Assembly (NCBI GenBank): GCA_977862235.1
Contig: OZ374558.1
Span: 2,914,001 to 2,978,000, forward strand
DNA: 64,000 bases
Direction of reading: 5' to 3'
Origin: Dudresnaya verticillata
Lineage: Eukaryota
In this document: positions 25,665 through 37,646 of the stretch, one piece after another
How the letters are laid out: each line of letters starts with the position of its first letter
How positions within the stretch are numbered: position 1 is the stretch's first letter
Translations under genes and position numbers: made by a program
The notes under the pieces: generated by a model
The model's input: only the letters and a program-made list of their open reading frames with translations
What the model was told of the DNA's origin: nothing
The model's database searches: none

Positions 25665-26280
25665 GTGGGAACGGGTTCTACACTAAAGGCAGATAACGCT
25701 GTTACATCGAACAATGCCTTCCCCTCCAGTATTATCAAGGCTGCCGAGGCTGAAGATTACGGGAAGGTTATTAATCATATACTGGCTGGCCGTCTGGCTG
25801 GTCGTGCACAACTGTGGCCACGTGCAGAGCTTATCCAACCCCACGAGCCCAGTTATTTCAAGCCCGACACAAACCTGTACCGTGATACACTCAAGAAGGA
25901 TCGGCGCAATGGAAAAGAATTGGAGTATATCCATAGAACCGGCGCATGGTTGGAGCATGGAATGGCCGCATTACAACTTATCAAGAGTGCAAAAAGTCTG
26001 GAAGAGCAGGGCCGCCTTCTCTTCCTTCTTGAGGAATCATTACTGGAAAGTAAAGAAATCTTTGCAATGCGGACTTCACATCTCCATGCAATCATTACGA
26101 AAGGTCCCGCTATGGCTCGACAACTCGCTGACCTTGACGAGACTAAAATCGAAGCCGGCCATGAGCAGATTGAATCCGCAACCTATTCAGCAGTATATAA
26201 GGAACTCTCAGCTAAATATGTATTGGAATCCGCCAAGCAACTGGCTAAACTCGATTTATCCACAGGAAAAGAGGTGGGTG
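25665..26280 (+). pseudogene. Putative gag-like ORF1 of the YR element
   Basis: Helical-looking ~200-codon ORF between the terminal repeat and RT; positional call. Confidence 0.5.
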
Positions 26281-26349
26281 ATACAAAATTGCCATGCAGG
26301 AACCACAACGTCCGCATACGTGGAGTAATTCACGCTGGGCAGATACTCA

Positions 26350-28137
26350 GCGTTGTGCAGAGTCGTGGAGTCCATAGAGGAGTCAATGTTTATTGTACGG
26401 TGTCTGGCATATGGTACCTGGGATCCGCCGGAGCGCCCATTCTTGAAGGGTCAAGTACTGGGTACAGTACCTCAAAACGGAGAAGATCTTACATTTGGCA
26501 GCAAAGAACTGCAAGAAGGTTGTTCACGGGTTACATATCAAGAGGTAAGTCATTCCTACGCTATGGATCAAGTACAGAAAGAGTTTTACGTATCATCAGC
26601 ATTCGTGGACTGGTGAAAGGGCAAAGGAAGATTTATCATAAATCTCAAAAGACAATCTACTCATTGGGACAAGCGGTCGGTAGTAATGGATAACCTAAGT
26701 TCATTTGGGGCTTGCTTGACCAAAGGAGACCGAATGTTGTCCTTCGCTTGGAAAGAGGGCTACAGACATATGCGACTGAACCCCCGTGTGTATATTTTGT
26801 TCCTGTTCTGGTAGAATGGAAAATTCTACCGCTGTATAGCGCTTCCCTTCGGATGGACAAAGTCACCATACTGGTTTTGTCGCATTTTGCGTCCCATCAC
26901 TCGATACATGAGTTCTGCACTTCATTGTTGAGTCCTGCAATGGATAGACGATTACTTGTTAGTACCACGAACCGGAAAGGTGCCAAGCACAGCTCAAGAT
27001 TGTGTGCAGCTTTGTGCCGTATTGGATGGGTTATTCCCCAAGTTGGGACTTCTGCGGCACCCCCCAAAAGGCGTCTGGGACCACGGTACTACACGACTGG
27101 AACACCTCGGACTTGTCATAGACACTGTAAAGTTTCGGTACTTCATTACAGACGGGAAGCTTTCCAAACTGCAAGGGATGGCCCGGGATCTGGTGAGGAA
27201 TACGGAACGTTCCAGACGCTGGGTGAAGGAAAGTCTACTACGAAACTTCACCGATACGGCTATTTCTCAATTGGTTCCGCTTCCCCTTGCCCGTTTCTTC
27301 ACTCGTGCGCTATACGACGATTTAAAATCCGACCAGGTCGGTCGTGGTCGTTATCCGGAACAGAGTATCCGTCTTTCCAACGCGGGACGACTAGATCTGC
27401 AAGCTTGGAGCTCTATGCTAGCGGGGGATGGGCGACTAATTTGTGGAGGGATGAAATCCTGGAATCTACACAGCGATGCAGCAGATGTAGGCTACGGAGG
27501 CACTTTTGGGTTCAAACATGGCTCCCGGGTCCGCAGGAGAGGTGGAGGTCCAAGCCGTTTTGTCCCCTTTTCTACGCCTACAGTCCATCACAGTACGAGA
27601 TTTGACGGCCGTAAGAAAGACTCTGGAAGCCGATCTTATTCAAGCTAAACTATGCGGAAAGAAGGATACAGTCCTACTCCACATGGACATCATAGCTATA
27701 TTTCATATAGTCAACAACATGGTGTCGTCCAATCCAGTGCTCCTGTGCGAGCTTCGCCGTCTCCACTGCCTGTTCCAAAAAATGAAGATCAGCCTGAAGG
27801 CACCATTGCTTCCATCAGTTCTGAACCGACATGCAGACCGACTCAGTCGGACCTGGCAGACGAACGATCTAGCCGCAACACCTTCACTGATCGAAACATT
27901 AGCCAAATCACTCCAGTTGCAGACAGTTCAACGATACTGGCCTCTCAAAGATTCTCCCGCCGCCCGGGCGAAAAATATGAAAGCCTAGTTCCAGGAACAT
28001 TGGGGAGACGGCATGAGCCGCCTTTGGAACCCTCCACCAGAATGGATAGCTCTCACGTTGCTCAAGACCGATTCCGAGCACGCGCACGGCGCCATTCTAG
28101 TCCCTCACTGGACCGCAGCGAGTTGGTACAAGCTATT
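26350..28137 (+). pseudogene. DIRS-type RT, RNase H and adenine-methyltransferase-like domain (frameshifted)
   Basis: GYRHMRL, ALPFGWTKSPYWF, WIDDYLL, LEHLGLVIDT; LHSDAADVGYGG, NRHADRLSR; FQEHW..LWNPPP..VPHW..ASWY. Confidence 0.88.
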
Positions 28138-29293
28138 TGTGGAAGAATAAGCCGCAGCAGGGCGCTGGCACACTGTCAGTCATATGTGCACATTAAGGTG
28201 TAAGACGCCAACGCCCATCAAGCTGTAAGGCGCGCACAGGCTCCGTGTGCTGTAAGGGCAATGCGCTCCGCTGGAGTCCCTGCTGGCACCAAATTTAATG
28301 GCGAATCGCCATTGGGTAATTTATTGTGGCCGCTCACACGGCCCGACGCGGTACTACCACTAATCCGTATTTATAACTGACAACAGTACTATTAGATTAA
28401 TAATTACAGCAGAATAGCTTATAATAGCTAATAGGAGGTAAGAGCGTTTCCGGCTCTGCTATACTTAATGGGTCCCTGAGTAGCAGGAACATCCTGAATA
28501 GAACCCTACGGTTGGTTTGGGGCTTTTGCCCTTTTCTGGAATTCACGGACTCACCGTACCTTTTTCCCTTTCAGGCGCTCTACGAGCCTTGCCTCCGCAC
28601 GATGGAGGCTCTGCGTGAGCTGGGTAGCGCCGCCCTTCCTTTTTCCCCCTTTTCCTAGGCTTTGTGCCTTTTTCCCCAAGTCTCTACCAACTCCCTTTTC
28701 CCCCCGAGCTACCAAAGCTATGGTTGTCCATAGGACAGGTGTCCTGGTTGTTTCCGTTCTACCTGGCCCCGTGGCCATTCTACTACATTGGTCTCCCGAC
28801 CTAGAATCGTTTTCAGCGTCGGCCCCTTTTTACTACCTCATCCTCAAGTCGTCGTATGGAACTTTCCACTGGACGAGAATTCCCCGTGCAAGAACTCAAG
28901 GAACGACTTCCTGAGGGTGAAACCCTAGTCTGCCAAGTGTCGACGGTCTCTCAGCTTCATATCAAGCTTCAAAGTTGCGTCAAATTCGAGGCAAGCAACT
29001 GCCACCGCTTCTGCGGTTTAAATCGTGTACAAGGAAGAATATCCTAGATGTGGAGTGACGCCCCTTTAAGGAACTATTCCTGCAGGTTATCGTTACACCT
29101 GTCATCAAAAACACGTCTGTATACGTGCTGTGCGGGCGCGCACACTGGGAGTTCCACGTGGACATAATCGCCCGTAACCACGAGAACTACGGTTCTGAGA
29201 AGCTTGTCATCCTAGAGAGAAGTTCCACGATTAGTGCAACCTCTGGACCGAATCCTACGTTTCAAGGTTGTCGATAACAAACTCGTTCAGAAG

Positions 29294-31978
29294 ATGCCGA
29301 CATCTAACGGTGATACCACCCGACAAGGCTTAACGAGCCGGGTCGGTAGCCGTACAGGCAGCTTGTCCTCCGTGAGGACCACGGGAGCAAGAACCCATGC
29401 TGTAATAGCCGCTTTGGTTCGAGGTCCTATAGTAGGAGAAGCGGAACGCCCGCCCCGAATGGCGGTCGCACCAGGAGACGAAGATCCGTCTGCCCATGGA
29501 AAGGGACATATCCCTGAAGGAGAAAACACGGCCCGGACTGCAGTCGCAAGCACCGCCAACATCGGTGCGAATGAGGGCCCGGACCCTAGTATGCTGTCGC
29601 CGCCGATGATTCAAGCTGGTTGCAGCCAGCATGATACAGGCGGACTGGCCTTAGAAGAAGAATCGACTTCATCGCTTCCGCCAGATATCGGAATGCCGAT
29701 GAGAACGAAGGCAAACTCAACCGACCAACTGTGCTTCACGGAGCGCGAGATTGGTCATTTGGTTGATACCGGCATCGAGAATGCTCTCGGAACTAGCGTA
29801 TTGGCGCTGCTTGAAATCCAGGCGGACGAAACCCTCACACGGGTAAAACGCTACTTAGGCGACGCCACCGCTCGTCGAGACGACCAGCTACTGGCTAAGT
29901 GCCAAGAAATGGTCACTTCTCGTTGCCAACAACGCCCCTTGAGGGTTTAGAAGAGGAAAGGATCGAGACCCTACAAGCCCAGGTGAACTCACTGGGGGAC
30001 CAATTGGAATCGGTTCACCTTGAATTAGATGAAGCCACGGAGGCTGCCGACCTTTCCAGGACAGAAGACGCAATGGCTGTTGCGGACGTTAAATTCAACG
30101 TAGACAAGGCACGGTGCGTTGAACAGGACAGAGCCATCGAGGTCCTACGGAAAGAACGCGATGAGGAGAAGCGTCGTGTTGCTTTTCTGGAATTGCAGAT
30201 GCGGCGCGTAATCCGTGAAAGGGATGCTATCCCTGAAGTCATGAGAAGACGCTCACGGTGCCTCGCGACACGCGCGACAGGTGTAGGAGGCGACCCCATA
30301 GGGGGTCGGACAGTGGGTCCCAAGGTGAAGGGGATGGAGGCCGTTGCCAACAGGGTTGCAAGTGCAAAAGACCAATTGGGTCTTCTGCGCACCGCGATCA
30401 AGTGAATTCTCATCGTGACAGATATTCGAGTCATCGTCACGAAGAGAATCCTCGATCAGGGTCTCACCCTAATCCAGGTCCATCGGATGAAGAAGGACCG
30501 GGTTCCCGTTCGCACCCTAGACCTTCGTGGTCTTCCTGGAGGGGTCCCCCACGTTCCGTTGTGAAGGAGCTGACTCCTAGGAATCCCGCCTTCATACAGG
30601 TACTGTCTTATAGAAGATATAAGTTATTGAACCTGGATGATTACCGCGGGCCCGAGGTGACCGAGGCGACCACGAAGAAAATCAAACGCGCCAAGTCCGT
30701 TATGCGGAGTCGCCGTTTTGACGGGAGTGACCCGGTGTCAATTATTGGCTTCTTAGCCACGCTGAAGAGGCAGCTCGATCAAGCCCATATCAGCGAAGGT
30801 GCCGCTATCCTCGTCATCCCCGAGTTCCTCGAGAAGGATGCGAAGGATATTTTTGAAGCGAATTTTGACGCTGCGGGTGACGACAATGGTGGTTTCACAG
30901 AATGGCCCGAAGCCGTGAGTTACCTTCTCCGGACATATGCCAAGGATGTCTACGTTGAGAGGATTGACTCTGAGATGGACACGATGGCGCAGGAGCCAGA
31001 TGAGGACGAGGTTACTTTCTCGAGAAGGTTGCAGAACAAAGCGCGTCGAGTCGCTGGGGTGTACACCGAACAAGACTTGATAACCAGGTTTATTCGGGGG
31101 TTGTTACAAGAGGTGAAGCCGCTTTTAAGTACGTCGTCATTGGACCCAAGGGCTGCCAGACTGGCGGATTACGTCGAGCTTGCGACTGCACAGGGAGATT
31201 CTCATCGGGGGATAGTGGGTGGCGGACGAACGCCAAAAACGAATAGGACGCTACCAAGGAAGACCTTAAAGAAGGTTCGTACCCACAAGTCAGGGCGGGC
31301 GCTCCTAATTCGCCAGGCGAAGGATGCATCCGCCTCCGATTCGGATACTTCAAAGAGCAACGGCTCTGATGCGGAAAGCGAAGACGCAGTCGTGGCCGCC
31401 ATCACTAACGAAGCGCCATCATCAACAGCGACCCAATCGGATTCGTGGTCGACACAGTATTACTACGACCAACCGTATCACGGTGAAGTTGACGTGGTAC
31501 TGAAGAACTACAATAATAGGCTCCCAGCCTGGGCACAGCCAACCAGGACTCAACACCCTGGATGGGTGACGGTTGAAGACTAACCCAATGATATCTGCTT
31601 CGAATGCTACGGCATTGGCCATAAAAAGCCCAACTGTCCGCATTTGGCTCGAACCGATGAGCAGTCTTTTGAGACTTTAAAAAGAAGACAGTTTAATCAA
31701 CTATCTCACGAGCATAAAGCGTGGCTGGCGACCGTTGGCCGACTACCGGAGTTCGCTAATGAACCAGTGCCCGCCGGGCCGCCCATAGGGCAACCGATGG
31801 ATCCCCGTCAAAATTTGGGTGCAAGTCAAGGGGGAATCGACAGGTTCAATTTCAACCTCGACTGAACCACCCCATTAACGCTCCGAGGCAAACGCCAAGG
31901 TCACCACGCCAAGGGTCTCGTCCCTTTCCACAACCTCCACCGCTACCGTGGTCGCCCGCAATGAAGGCGAAAAACTAG
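29294..31978 (+). pseudogene. gag of element D with long N-terminal extension (frameshifts, stops)
   Basis: Coiled-coil segment, LSYRRYKL..RFDGSDP gag core, CFECYGIGHKKPNC knuckle, ends GAAAAACTAG. Confidence 0.85.
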
Positions 31979-32199
31979 CGAGGGGGGAACCGGTTTCGGT
32001 ACACCACATATTCCAGGTGCCATCGGAACCCCCCGATCGGTACGTTGAATCCAGCTCCTCGAGCTACAGCTTCGAAAGCTTCTCATCAACGAATTGACCG
32101 GTTGTTAGTGAATCTGTCACTTCTCTTCCCAAGAAGATCTTAGCGCGGCTTACCCCCCGGACGGAAGTATCACGAGTATTGTAAGGATCCCGTTTGCTC

Positions 32200-35100
32200 C
32201 TTGTCGCGCTACAATTATAAGGTAGCTGCTTCCATCGGGTCTTCTGTTGACGATCTTACTCGTGTGATCTCCGTACTGGATACAGGGGCAGGCCTTAATC
32301 TCATACGCGCGGAAATGTTCTATCACCGAAAGACAAGAAACGGATTTCTAAAACGCGGTCAATTGTAAGCTTGACCTCCGCGTCAAGTCACCGACTAACT
32401 ACACTGGGAACAGTCTCCCTGATAATCAGGCTCGGGTCCTACACGGTTCGGCAACCTTTCGTTGTCGTAAGGGCATTGGCAGAAGATGCCATCTTGGGTT
32501 GCACGTTTATCGATACCCATGTGGAAGGGTTACGCGTCCGCCAACAGAACATGGTTCTTCGCGACGGGTCCGTTCACTCAATTCTACGCCGCCGATGCGG
32601 TATACCCCGTAAGGGCAGGTCTGACGAACCACTGGAGGTTCCCCCGTTACCTACCTCGAGACGCATTCGCGTCGCATAAACTACTACTTTACTGCCCGGC
32701 AGTGAGTCATGGGTTCCTGTTACCTGTTACGCCAAAGGAACACATTTCTTGGAATCCCTCCCCCGCTTATACGAGCGCCGACAAGTCGTTTTGACGAATG
32801 GCATCGTCAACATTCAAGAGAACCGACTCTTTCACGTCAAGGTCGCGAACGTTTCTTCGCGTCCTCAACGGCTTTCCAAGAATCAAAGCCTTGGCAAGGC
32901 TGTACCGGCGCCCACGAAGACTCCGGTCTACACTGTCTCCATCGAGGATAATGTTTCTGACTGTGAATCGCTTCCCTCGTCCGAAACATTCTCCGATGTA
33001 GGGGGCAGGGCTTGCTGCTGCTCTGAAGACGGATATAGAATCTAAGCCGGGAGTCGAAATCGCGACATCAGCGTCAACCGCTATTACGGTCGATGAACTC
33101 GCGCTGGAACACCTGTCTACTTCGGATCGGCGCCGCGTGCGCAAAATGCTTAAACCGTCCGCCGGTATGTGGGACAGACAACTCGGCACCATCAAGGTGA
33201 CCGAACACCGTATTGAGCTTCAAGAAGGTTCAAAAAAAACCTGTGTTTACGCAACCTTATCGGTCGGGCCCTAAAGCCCGTCAAGCAGAACAGGATGAGG
33301 TGGACAAAATGCTCAAAGAAGGTGTTATAGAGCCTACGCATTCTGCGTTTGCGAGCCCCGTCGTCTTGGTTAAGAAGCCCGACGGGTCACTCCGCTTTTG
33401 CGAGGACTGTCGCAAGCTTAACGCTATTAAGTCAAGGATAAGTATCCTCTGCCACGAATGGACGAGTGTTTGGACTCCCTGGGCGAGGCCCAATATTTCA
33501 CAACCTTGGATTGCAACTCAGGCTACTGGCAGCTTCCGGTTTCTCCGGAGGATAAGCATAAGACTGCTTTTACTTGCCACGCGGGCTGCCTCCAATTCTG
33601 CAGGATGCCCTTTGGGGTATACAACGCTCCGGCGACCTTTCAGCGAACGGTTGACATCCTCTTATCAGGATTTCGATGGAAATCGTGCCTCGTATACCTC
33701 GACGATATTATCGTATTCTCTGCGACTGTCGACGATCATGTCACGCATGTAAGAGAGATTCTTTCTGTATTACAAAAAGCAGGGGTCTCCTTGAAAATTA
33801 AGAAGTGTAACTTCTTCACAAAGAGTGTCGACTGCTTAGGGCACGTCATCCGTCCGGGTTTATTAGAAGTGGCGACTAAAAATACGCAGGCCATCGAAGG
33901 CTTCAAGGAACCGACCACCCAGACCCAGTTTCGGTCTTTCATCGGTATATGCAACGTCTACAGGCGATTCGTACCTATCTTCGCTCGCGTGGCAGCTCCG
34001 CCCAATGCCCTCCTACAGAAGGAAGTGGGCTTTGAACTCCCGCAGTTCAATGAACGTCAACGCGAGGCGTTCAGATTGCTGAAGAAAGCGCTAATAGCGC
34101 CTCCTATTCTTAGGTTGCCACAAGAGGGTAAGTCCCTTTCGGTGGATACCGACGCGTGCGACTACCACATCGGTTGCGCGCTAATGCAAGCCGAAGAAGA
34201 CGGGATTCGACACCCGACAGGCTTCTGGAGCCGAGGGCTGACGAAGGAAGAGAAGAATTACTCTGTAGGCGAAAAGAAGTGCCTAGCAGTGGTCTGGGCG
34301 GCACAATTGCTCAGACCCTATCTAGAAAGGTCCCGCTTTGACCTTTATACAGACCATCAAGCGCTGAAATGGATGATGAGCATGACAGATGCTTCCGGAC
34401 GGTTGGCCCGTTGCAGATTACGCCTCCTGGAATACGACTTCACGGTCCAGTATCGAAAAGGAAAAAAGAATCAGATTGCTGATGCCGTATCTCGGTTGCC
34501 CACGTATGGCTTCACGCCATGGGAACCGGACCTTGAGATCCCGTGTTTAGTCCTCGAAACTGATCAGAGGGACGAACCCTGCGAAAGGCCTCGGTAGGAA
34601 TCCAATAAGCGACCGTTGGAAGCATGGGAAATCGAACCCGTCGGTGAGTCTGATTCGGATGCCGAAATGTTCATCGCCCAAGTGGCCGAGAAGGAATCTG
34701 GATAAAAGGGACTATCCCTCATAACCACAGAAGAGTTGCTCCGTGAGCAAAAAACAGATGAATTCTGTATCTGGGTCCGACGGAACCTCGAAGCCGGGAA
34801 TCTGGGAAAAGAAACGCGTTCCTGTTGGTTATGATGGATCGCTTCTCAAAGCTCACGCGAGCGATACCGATGAAAACGGTAACCGCCTATACATTGGCGA
34901 AGGCGTTTTGCGACCATTGGGTCTTTATCTATGGACCGCCCCGTTACGCCCTTTCAGACAATGGGTCTCAATTTTCAGCTAAGTTCTTTCTCGCCGTGTG
35001 CGATATCCTACGGATTCGAAACATGTTCACGTCGACATACTAATGGGTAAACAGAGAGGTTCAACCGCCCCATCCTAGTGGGCCTTCACCACTTCATTGC

Positions 35101-36137
35101 GGAAGACCAAAGGGACTGGGACAAATTCACCTCAGCGCTCACGTCCGCTTACAATACGACAGTGCATCGCGCTACAAAACCTTTTGACTTGGTTTTGTCA
35201 AACCCGCCGACTTCCCTATTGCTGAAGCAAGCGGAAACAGTAGACATCGACGGAGTACCCGATACGAATGTCAAAAAGCGCCTAACTGCTCGGCTGGAAA
35301 AGATCATGGATAAGGCTCTGCCTACGATGCAACTAGCGCAAAAGCGCTATGACACTAACTTCAATAACCGCATTCGACCGGCCAACCAAAAGGTACTTCC
35401 TGGGTCATGGGTATTCCTCGAACGGGAAACCAAAGTGAAGGACGCTTGAGGTGTTGAGAGAGAAGGGAAACTGTTCCCGAAATCCCTTGGGCCATATAAG
35501 GTGCTCGATAGAGGAACCCATGTAGTGGTTCTCGACATCAAGGGAAACAGAGAAACAATCTCTTTGGACCGAGTCACTTTGGCTCCGTCGCCACATGAAG
35601 CGCCGCTTGCACTAGCCATGAGTCCCACTGTAGTGGGGATGCCACCGGAGACAGGTGCAGCACCTTCAAATAGCCCAGCTGGGCCAACCGACGGGCCCAG
35701 CACAAACGCCACTGGCCCCCCGATGAATACCGCATCAGGTGGTAATGAACCGGCGCACCCCGAAGCACCTGGTGCTGAAGACGAGACACTGGCTGACACA
35801 CGTGGGGATGTGCAACCTAGCGGTGCCCATACGGGGCCTGTTGTCCCACAACGAGAGGAGAATGCTCCTATGGACCATGAAGTGGACGCGCCATCGGCTA
35901 CGCCGACAGTGGCTGAAGGGACGTCAAGCCGCAAACTCTCGCGCTTCAAGAAGGCACCACCACGCTAACACGTGTACAAAAGGATCGTTTCCTATGACCC
36001 CGACACGCACCTCTATTGTGTGCGGTGGTTCCAGAGCCCGGCTTCAAAGGACACATGGGAGCCAAAGGGGCATCTCCCTCGCAATTTGGTTGCAAGGTAT
36101 AACCGCCAAAAAGCGATAACTTTACCTGACAATTAGC
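32200..36137 (+). pseudogene. pol of element D: protease-RT-RNase H-integrase (partly deleted)-chromodomain
   Basis: LDTGAG; LDCNSGYWQ, MPFG, YLDDII; DTDAC, TDHQAL; LSDNGSQF..ERFN; YCVRWF..DTWEP. Confidence 0.95.
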
Positions 36138-37646
36138 ATGGTGAGCACTCGTGCTGAGTAAGGAACCGGGCCTACAAGTGGTCTCAATCGGACGCGCGCA
36201 ACCAAACAGTAGTTAGGCTGTATGTAATCGGATCTCCCGACTGTTAGATTAACCTCATATGAGTTGAGGTAGAACCTTGGTTCTGGGTTCCGAAGTCGAC
36301 GCCCTCGTGCAAATAGGAATTCAGCCTATGGCCTAAGCACGAAATTAGCCGATTACCGAGCGCACCGAAGGAGGGATTGACCCCTCAAGAGATGAGCCAA
36401 TGTAGATGGCTACAGAAGAGAGGACCTTGGATAGATGTAAAAGAATGGACTGATGAAAGAAGAGTCCAGCCTCTGGATAGATGTGGAATTGGATAGCTGG
36501 AAGAAGAGTCAAGACTCTGAATCGATGTAAAATTTGGATAGATGTAAGAAGGATTGGATCCTGGATAGATGCGTGGAAATGGATGGATGCAAGCAAGAGG
36601 TGAACTCTGTAAGATGCGTTCTACCAAAGCGATCGTGCGCTTCAGAGCCAGGAGTCGATCCTACGTTAGCGGAGCAACTGTGTACAGCAACTAACGCTGT
36701 TCATAAGGTTGGCAACCTCACTCAAGGACAGATTAATAAATAAGGCCAACCTCGAGCACAGAGGCTATTGTTAGGCAGAGTTGCTGGAACATGGCTACCT
36801 CAAGGAATCAATCCTGAAAGGCGAAAGCTATGGCGACCACTCTCCCCTCGGTGCGGGTAAGGAACAGTGGCGATGGCCAACTGATAATTTATTACAACAA
36901 TAACTACCAGCACTATGACGCTTGATGGCGACTGGACTGCCCAAAAGCGATACCGACGCTACAACATGGACGGGGCGGGGCATTGAGCCCGAAGTTGTGC
37001 TGACTACCTCCCACCAAAAGGGCGCTAGCGCCAAACCCAGTGAGGGCGAAAGGCAAAAATACACCTAATCCTAGACTCATGAGTCTTGATACCACGACCC
37101 CCACCCCTGTTGGGAGAGCCGTGGGAAATCGCGCGAGACCCCTTTGATATGGGAGGTGTAAGAGCCAAGCGTATTGATGCTGAGAATTCTGGAGGCCGCG
37201 CGGGCTTGAAGCCGATGCCGCTAACCTCTACCTCGTGGTTGCGGCGATGGGTAAAGTCCATGGGCTGCAGGAAAGGCTACAGCAAGGTGGCGGAATGGTG
37301 TGACCAATTAACAGCCATAGAGGCTTTCGCGCCAAAATACGCTACAGTGCGTCGCACTGTACTGTAGAGCAACTACTGACATTGCTGGCACGCTCTCAAG
37401 CCGCGACAGACGCTGTGGAGCCGTATTGGTCAACCAATAATAGACTGTCCCACGGTGCCCGAAGAGGCAAGGGAACCAATGTCCCACCAGAAAGGGAAGT
37501 GGCAAAGGACGTGAAGGCTCGAAGCCTACCAAGGAGTTGGTGTTAAGCATACAAGACGGAGTTTATTGATAAGCGGTTAAGCCGCTGGGATAGGCCTCTC
37601 ACCCATATTAGGATCGATGCGTCAAACCATCAAGGACTTGGCTCAG

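Noticed and set aside
36445..36475. CTGATGA as a hammerhead ribozyme core
   Set aside because: No stem II or properly placed GAAA and cleavage triplet
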